26,158 nucleotides of DNA from Anthoceros angustus (lineage: Eukaryota > Plantae > Anthocerotophyta), in NCBI GenBank assembly GCA_010909165.1, contig VJWM01000381.1:1-26158 (forward strand), given 5' to 3'. Below the pieces are notes generated by a model. It had not been told where the DNA came from, ran no database searches, and was given only the letters and a program-made list of their open reading frames with translations. Both the position numbers and the translations under genes were made by a program. Below, piece after piece: positions 19,950 through 26,158 of this stretch (position 1 is the stretch's first letter; each line of letters starts with the position of its first letter).

Positions 19950-21600
19950 TATGCCGTGATGCACATGTCGTGCATTGTCCATTGTCGCGTTGAAGGTGGA
20001 GTCTACATTTCCATCGCCTAATGAGCGGAAGATGGGAGATGACCATGCAAGGGAGGAGATGAATCACCCAAGGCTCTTGGCGTGTGAGTCACCTCCACCC
20101 AAGGCAGTCGAGAGAAGCGTGCACGGGCTGCGAGCTACGTCGGAGTTTAGAGGCCCTGTTACTCTCCTGCGGCCCGACTCTGCGACCAAACATGCGGATC
20201 TAAGCTCGTCGCCATGCGCGGCCCGCGTGTCACCGTGCGTTGTCGACATATGCGACAAGATGTCGATTGGGTGGCGGGATCGACAACCGGTCGTCATACC
20301 CGCCTATCACCGATGCGGTACACCGGCCGCTCACGTGGCGGTGGTGGCGGGAAAAACCCACGATGGGTAGCGCAGTGGAGAGGAAGCAATGGGCTTGCGG
20401 AAGTGCGACGGCGTGTGCGACTTGTCACGCCAGCGTGTCATCCGATTGGTGTGCATGGGAACGGCCGTGACGACCGCATAACCGGGCATTTGCGAATGGG
20501 GCATCGTTGGAGGCGAGCATGCGGTAGCAGCGGCGGGCGCTACGAGGGCGGCGTTGTGGAACCCGATACTTTCGAAACGTCTAGTACTTGCGTGCACGCA
20601 TTTCGAGCTCAGACCCTACTCATGATCCTCCAATCTTGTTTACGGCGGGAAGAGTCTTGTGTTTTGGAAGGCGGAGGAGAAGATCTCGAGACATGAGGAG
20701 CGGGTTGAAGGACTCCTAACTTGGGCGCAAGAGTATGAAGGCAGTGAGGATGGTTCCCCTTACGAGGAGGCCTGACACGGGGTAGGTGGTGGGGACGTGG
20801 GAGAGGAAGTCGGTGAGGAGGACCTAGAGGCCATCACTTGGAGGCGTTTTGAGGCAGCCGGAGGAAAAGTGCCCGAACGAGCCTTGTGTGCAAGCTTTCT
20901 TGAACATTATGCCAACTCTTACAGCCGATGTCTTTGAAGGCATGATTAAGGTGCAGGGTGACAAGTTCTTTGAGGCAACTAAATGCAGTGTGAGGCAGCC
21001 ACCTTGTCAAGGCGCACATGCGGATGAGTGTGCAATTTTTGCGTCCTCACCCGATCGACAAGTCGGGGTTCCACAAAAGGGTTAATGAGGTGGTTCGAGG
21101 TAAATTTGTTGAAGCCATACACTCCATTCGATCTCGCTTCGTCTTTGAGATGGTGGATCTTTGTCTAGAGGTCTTTCAGACGGTCACTGTGATTTCATCC
21201 ATCACATGCACATTTGTGCTCGGCGCTAACTTCAAGTGTTGAAGAGAGTCAAGGTTGTCTGCGCAAATGCGGAAAGGAGGGACCCATGATCGAGATTTGA
21301 GACTTGGAGTGCAGGCATGGGCCGAGTGCGTTGATTCGGAGTTCGAGGCGGACGCGGCAATGGTGTTTGGCCTCGCCCTCAGCGAGCCAAACAGGAGGCT
21401 CGGATGAAGAAGCGATGGTGGTGGGTGCAATCCATATGGCGGGTGGCGCCAGACCTCCATAAGGCCTTCAAGACCCGGTGGGGGTTCTTCCACAAAAGGT
21501 GAAGAGGGGCGGTGCGGCGTGCAGTGTTGATGCCATCAAGCTTATAGGGATACATGAAGAAGCGCATGAAAACAATTTGGAGGCGGTTTGTAGAACACGT
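19950..21600 (+). pseudogene. Probable second CACTA ORF (TnpA/Transposase_24-like), decayed
   Basis: Lies downstream of and codirectional with TnpD. It has acidic tracts, then GVQAWAECV...SEPNRR...HMAG-like pieces at ~21300-21440. Motif support is weak. Confidence 0.4.
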
Positions 21601-21694
21601 GCATTTCTAGCCATTCGGTTCTTACAAGGGTTCTTCTCATTTCATGTGTGCATGGCGCTCATTTCCGCTCTCGTCCTCGAGATCCGCTAGAGTT

Positions 21695-23606
21695 TTTCCT
21701 GACCTTCTCGACTTGGCCTTCTCGTCGGACTCCATGGCTTCAATTGCCATTTGGTCCTCCTCTCCTCTGTCATTTCTTGGGCTTTGACTTCCTCGACATG
21801 TGCCACAAGGAGGCTGCTAGCTCTAGCCCCTTCAAATTCACACAGTGAGTGTCTCACAAGCACTCAGAATTGTCTGGGGTCCTAATTCCACCCTGTTGCC
21901 CTCTTCTTTGAAATTTCCGGCTCCTGCGCTCCCTTAGACCATCGGGTGGGGTCTCTAATCGCCCCATCCGCCTTCCTCAGGCCTTGAGGTAATGGCGGCC
22001 TAGGCGCCTTGGCTCGTGCCCCTCCTTCCCTTCCCTACCGTGGTGCTTGCCCTACCGTGATACTACTCCCCAGTGGTAGGCTAGCGCCTACCGCGGTAGT
22101 GCCTCCACCTCTGGGTGACTACCTCCCTGGGGTGCTGCGGGTGCCTCTCGCTTCAGCACAAATGAGATGGTGGGGACTCCCCCACCCTTGGGGCATCACC
22201 CCTCCGTTGGTAGTCCTCCTCTCATGAACTACCATTCCTCGGTTCACATTCCTCTCCTCCCCTTGCCTTGCTCTTGTGGGAAAAGCTTCCCACTCGGCAA
22301 CCTCGTTGCCTCTACATCCCCTCCGCCCTTGGCCACAGCACGATTGGAGGTCGACCTCCCCTTGTCTTCCTCAATGCAAAGCAAAGGCCTTTCCAGGATT
22401 TGGGAGGTGAATTATCTCCAGAAGGATGCCAACATCCCTCAACTCCTTGCTTGTGAGAAGTCCCTCGTTTCCCACAAATGCACCAAATAGGTGCTGAGGC
22501 AGCAGTTGTGGCCCTCTTCATCTGATTCGGCTAGGAGCTTCTCCACCATGGTGGATGATGCTTCATATATGATTGTCCCCAATCAAACCTTGGCTCCATT
22601 GAAATCTTCCATAAAAGCTGGAGGAAGTTGGTCTTGAAATAAGGCGTCCAGATTTGGTAATTCACCAACTAACACAATCTTATGCAAGAGCCTCCCTTGA
22701 CTCCTTATCTTTGTCAGTTTTCCGGCCCGTTCTTGGCATGGGCCTTCACTCCCCATCCATCATGTCGAGGATCTCCTAGCGGAATTTCCGGAGGGCGTCC
22801 TCTTTCCTCCATTCGTCCTCTCGAGGAGAGCAATTCGAGCTCTCCTCCTCGGGTCTCCAGCACACACAGCCGAATGCTCCTTACGGTCCGGCGGGATCGT
22901 TCGAGCATTCCTTTCGACAGTGCGGCAAGGCGCCTACGATTGATGGAGATTGGTGAAGCACTCCTCAATCAACTCGAGGTAGTGTAGGCCCATTGGCGGC
23001 CATACACCCATCCCATTGGATGTTATCCTCCTCGCCCATTGCAGAAAATCAACCAGCGGGGTTAAATTTGCCCGGTAAACGAGTAAATTGGGGCATTACA
23101 AGCTTGCCTCCCCACAGCGTGGCGCTTCTGTTGGCTTCTGGCCCTTTCCTCCTCTCGAGGAGGAACCCTTGTATGATTCCTTTCCTTACCTTTTCTGCTT
23201 TCGGGGCATGGTGCGATTTTTCTCCAAATGCTTCAAGGGAAGTTACTCTTCCAATTTTGGCGACCCAGGAGTCTTGCTTCAACACTCCTTCTCTTGAGCC
23301 GGAAACAAAACCACACAATTCCCACGTTAGGCTTGGCGTAGCTTTCCTGTCACCACTTTTCCTCATGATTCTCCTTCGGTGGCTGGCGGTGGCCTTGATT
23401 CCTCTTTCTCCGTTCACAATTTGCTCCACCTCGCGCCTTCAATCTCTTCAATCTCACACGTGCTAGGCACCTCAACCCATTGGCTCCGCCCTTGTGCCAG
23501 TCGGCACTCGTGCTCCTTCACGATTTGAGTCCCCACCTTGGTGTGCAGGCCTCGAGTCTGCCTCCTCTTCTCCTTCGCTAAGGTTTCCTCTCTTTTTCTT
23601 GTACTT
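21695..23606 (-). pseudogene. Second, partial copy of the gypsy extra ORF
   Basis: Aligns with 10850-12733. Confidence 0.55.
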
Positions 23607-23984
23607 TGTGGTAGAAAACCGGGACTTAGATCCTCCCACTATAAGCGGCCACACTTATCCCACTATCGCCCGTCGTTGGGTTTCGTCCCATGGGACTTGT
23701 GTGAAAGTTCGAGGCCTTGCGATGGCCGTGCTACTGCGGATACACAACTTCTCGACCTCCCTAAGCAGGCAAGGCGCCTCTACTCACCCTCTTCTGAGCC
23801 GGTGCACCACCTTTGCCCGAGAAAATCACCAATCCTCGACCTACACGACACACGCTTGTGGCCTTAGCGGGAGCCTATCACGGGCGCCAGGGACCCCAGT
23901 CCACACGATTTCGTCCCTACTTCTAAGACCACTCTTCTCCCACTCGGGGCTCTTTTACTTGCAGTTGGGATTAGTCCCTTAGGC
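23607..23984 (-). repeat. Truncated LTR (third copy)
   Basis: The plus strand starts TGTGGTAGAAAACC (minus-strand end ...CCACA). It aligns to 8420-8790 and 12734-13101 and ends at CCTTAGGC. Confidence 0.8.
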
Positions 23985-24939
23985 CACTACTACAATGCAT
24001 TAGGATTTATGACGGCTAGAAATGGCGTCAATTTCCGTCATAAATCCGACTCTAGACACAAGCGGTAGTCGAGCGATTCGGATGCTTAGTAGCAGGATGA
24101 GTAAATGGCCAGCGGTCGGCGTCATATTTGACTGCGGTCACATGTCCACGTGGGTGGTTTGCCGCCACCTTCCTTATTGCCTAGTGCCGAGGCGGCCTCA
24201 CTCGCTTGTGCTCGGACATTACGGACCGCAAAGGCGACACAGTTTTCCAAATGTCATTTCCAGCAGCGGATCTCGATCGGTGGGCAGCGGCCCCAACACG
24301 ATGTACAGGCCGACGGAAGGGACCTGCCCGATCGCGATGACGGGTTCACTTGTGGTCGTGCATTCTCAAGCATGAAAGCGATTGGACCATAGACATAGTC
24401 TCGGGTCTAGCGGACGGTGAAGTGGCAACACTTGCACTTCCCCTCATGAAGCGATGCGATGGTCTCAATCTGCACAGACTCACCAGGCTGATATTCGCAA
24501 CAAAAATGCGGCGAGAATGACAAATCGGAAGTCCTTGAGGAACACGGTCCGCAGGTTGGGCACGTTCTTTCGATCTACGGGCAAAAAAACAATCCCTTCT
24601 GATTCGGGTAGCGGTAAACAAGTTTGTAGAGTTCGCGATTCGCGAGGTCCGGTTCGCCGTTACTAATCAACTCAATCAAGGGGCCATGACAATAACTTGA
24701 CAACACCCGTCGAGCTGAAATTTGGCTTGCTCGACTTGCACCCACACAATGGCCTGACCTTCCCCTCCCTCAATGCAATAGCAAGCCAGACGATCAAATT
24801 GCCGCCCCAAACATGGCCTCCTTCGTTGGTCGAGACAGTAGCACACCATATACTCATATCATTATAAACAAAGCGGGCGCATTGCGTGGCCAAAGATGCG
24901 GTCGAGATCCTTCTTCAAAATTGAAATGTCCCCAATTTG
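23985..24939. mobile_element. CACTA terminus with subterminal inverted repeat (copy B)
   Basis: CACTACTACAATG at 23985, and a perfect 13-bp inverted repeat GGATTTATGACGG (24003-24015) / CCGTCATAAATCC (24035-24047). Confidence 0.75.
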
Positions 24940-26158
24940 AGTAGTGACACAGTGTTCGCAATTATATGACACCACATGGAATCGCCATTGGCCTCTGTGA
25001 TGGATCGGTCTCCATGGTCACAGGATGTCGGTGATCCATACCTCGAGGCTGGTGTGGCGGTTGGTAAGTCGCCCTCATTGATTGAGGTGGCCGACTTCCG
25101 AGTGGCTTGCACTGGTAAGCTTCATCCACATACCAATAGTCCCACATGGCGGTGTCCACATGATTTACGCGTAGGTAGTGTGCATTCGGTGGTCGTTTGA
25201 TGACAAATTGAGCAATAACATACGCCTCACAAACTCTTGTGCGCCTTCAAAATTTTCATGTGTTCTCAGTAGAGCCAATACAAGATCTGACAATCTCGGT
25301 CCAAAGACCACACGGACCCCAAAAGCTCTGCTCGGTCACTTCTCCCCACTCCTCGATGGTCCGCTCTGAGCTCCCATACCTGCCTCCTAATCCACTCCAA
25401 GGCAGCGATCTGCTGGAGTCATCCCAGCGATCCGATCGTCCCTCTCAAGATGTAGCGGCATCATACGAGATGGGCGACTCCGGACACCAAGCGGAGCTGG
25501 GAATTCGTCCCCTTGGATCTTGGGAGCAGGCTCAAGTAGCCCGCCTGACCGTGTTCAAATGTTGTGCACGACTAGAGTTTGGCTAACTATGGTTAGTTGC
25601 CCCTAGGTTAGTCACTCGCTCTAACTAACCTCTTGTTCTAGCTAGCCCTCGTGCTCTCGGCTACCATGTATGCCACGGCCTTGGCGAGATCACTTGGCTC
25701 GGTCACGGTGTCTACCATAGCACGGCAATTGACTATGTCCTTCACGGTGGAGCTTGCTCAATCCCCGTGATCCTCCCTTCATCCATCTAAAAACTTCCCT
25801 ACGTAACCTTTTGCCCTTGGTCCCCAAATTGTCTCGTGTTTTGCCAAAACTTAGCTGACCAAACTTTTCCGTTCCACAAACTTTTAAAAGCTTGTTTGAA
25901 AAGTTTGACAAAGTGCTTCTTTGTCCTCTTGATAAACCGTAGAATCAAGTTATATCTTTTACGATTATGATGACCTTAAACAATTCCAATCACTTGGAGA
26001 TACAAGTCACAAGAACTTGTTCGCAACTAATTTAAAGAGAAGGCCAAAATTGCTCAAAATCATCTCACAAGATCTCTTCTATCTCGTATATGCGTTAGGT
26101 CATCGTAAAAGATGCAGACTTTGGTCAAGAGGATCATTGAAACAAATTTTTGCAATTG

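Larger units (their letters stand above)
21695..24939 (+). repeat. Copy B of the ~3.2-kb direct duplication (partner at 10850-14079)
   Basis: Collinear with copy A. For example, ORF 22714-22968 (RSASPISINRRRLAALSKGMLERSRRTVRSIRLCV) matches ORF 11810-12094. Confidence 0.95.

Noticed and set aside
24934-24946. AATTTGAGTAGTG as the right TIR closing a ~960-bp non-autonomous CACTA starting at 23985
   Set aside because: The match to the expected CATTGTAGTAGTG is imperfect, there is no 3-bp TSD (GGC vs ACA), no subterminal repeats precede it, the interrupted LTR does not resume, and copy A lacks it. Its coincidence with the duplication end means it is not fully excluded.

Overview
This is eukaryotic, almost certainly land-plant, intergenic DNA made up nearly entirely of nested, mostly degenerate transposable elements. 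I see no host gene, RNA gene or CRISPR array. From left to right: (1) the 5' half of a minus-strand Ty1/copia element (gag-PR-INT, a half-tRNA-iMet PBS and a ~320-bp LTR); (2) decayed fragments of a Ty3/gypsy extra ORF and possible Ulp1-like ORFs; (3) an array of 22-bp palindromes; (4) a minus-strand CACTA TnpD 3' region; (5) a gypsy-type LTR element that seems to carry only an extra ORF, with its second LTR cut by a CACTA terminus; (6) a younger copia RT-RNaseH with PPT and 3' LTR; (7) a Ulp1-like remnant; (8) a plus-strand CACTA TnpD and TnpA-like region; (9) a second copy of the ~3.2-kb extra-ORF/LTR/CACTA-end module. Most short ORFs in the track are spurious or frameshift fragments. I cannot support a new biological system. 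The best leads are the half-tRNA priming site, the duplicated composite module, the LTR element lacking gag/pol, and the recurring Ulp1-like protease cargo. All family calls come from motif recognition by eye, not database searches.
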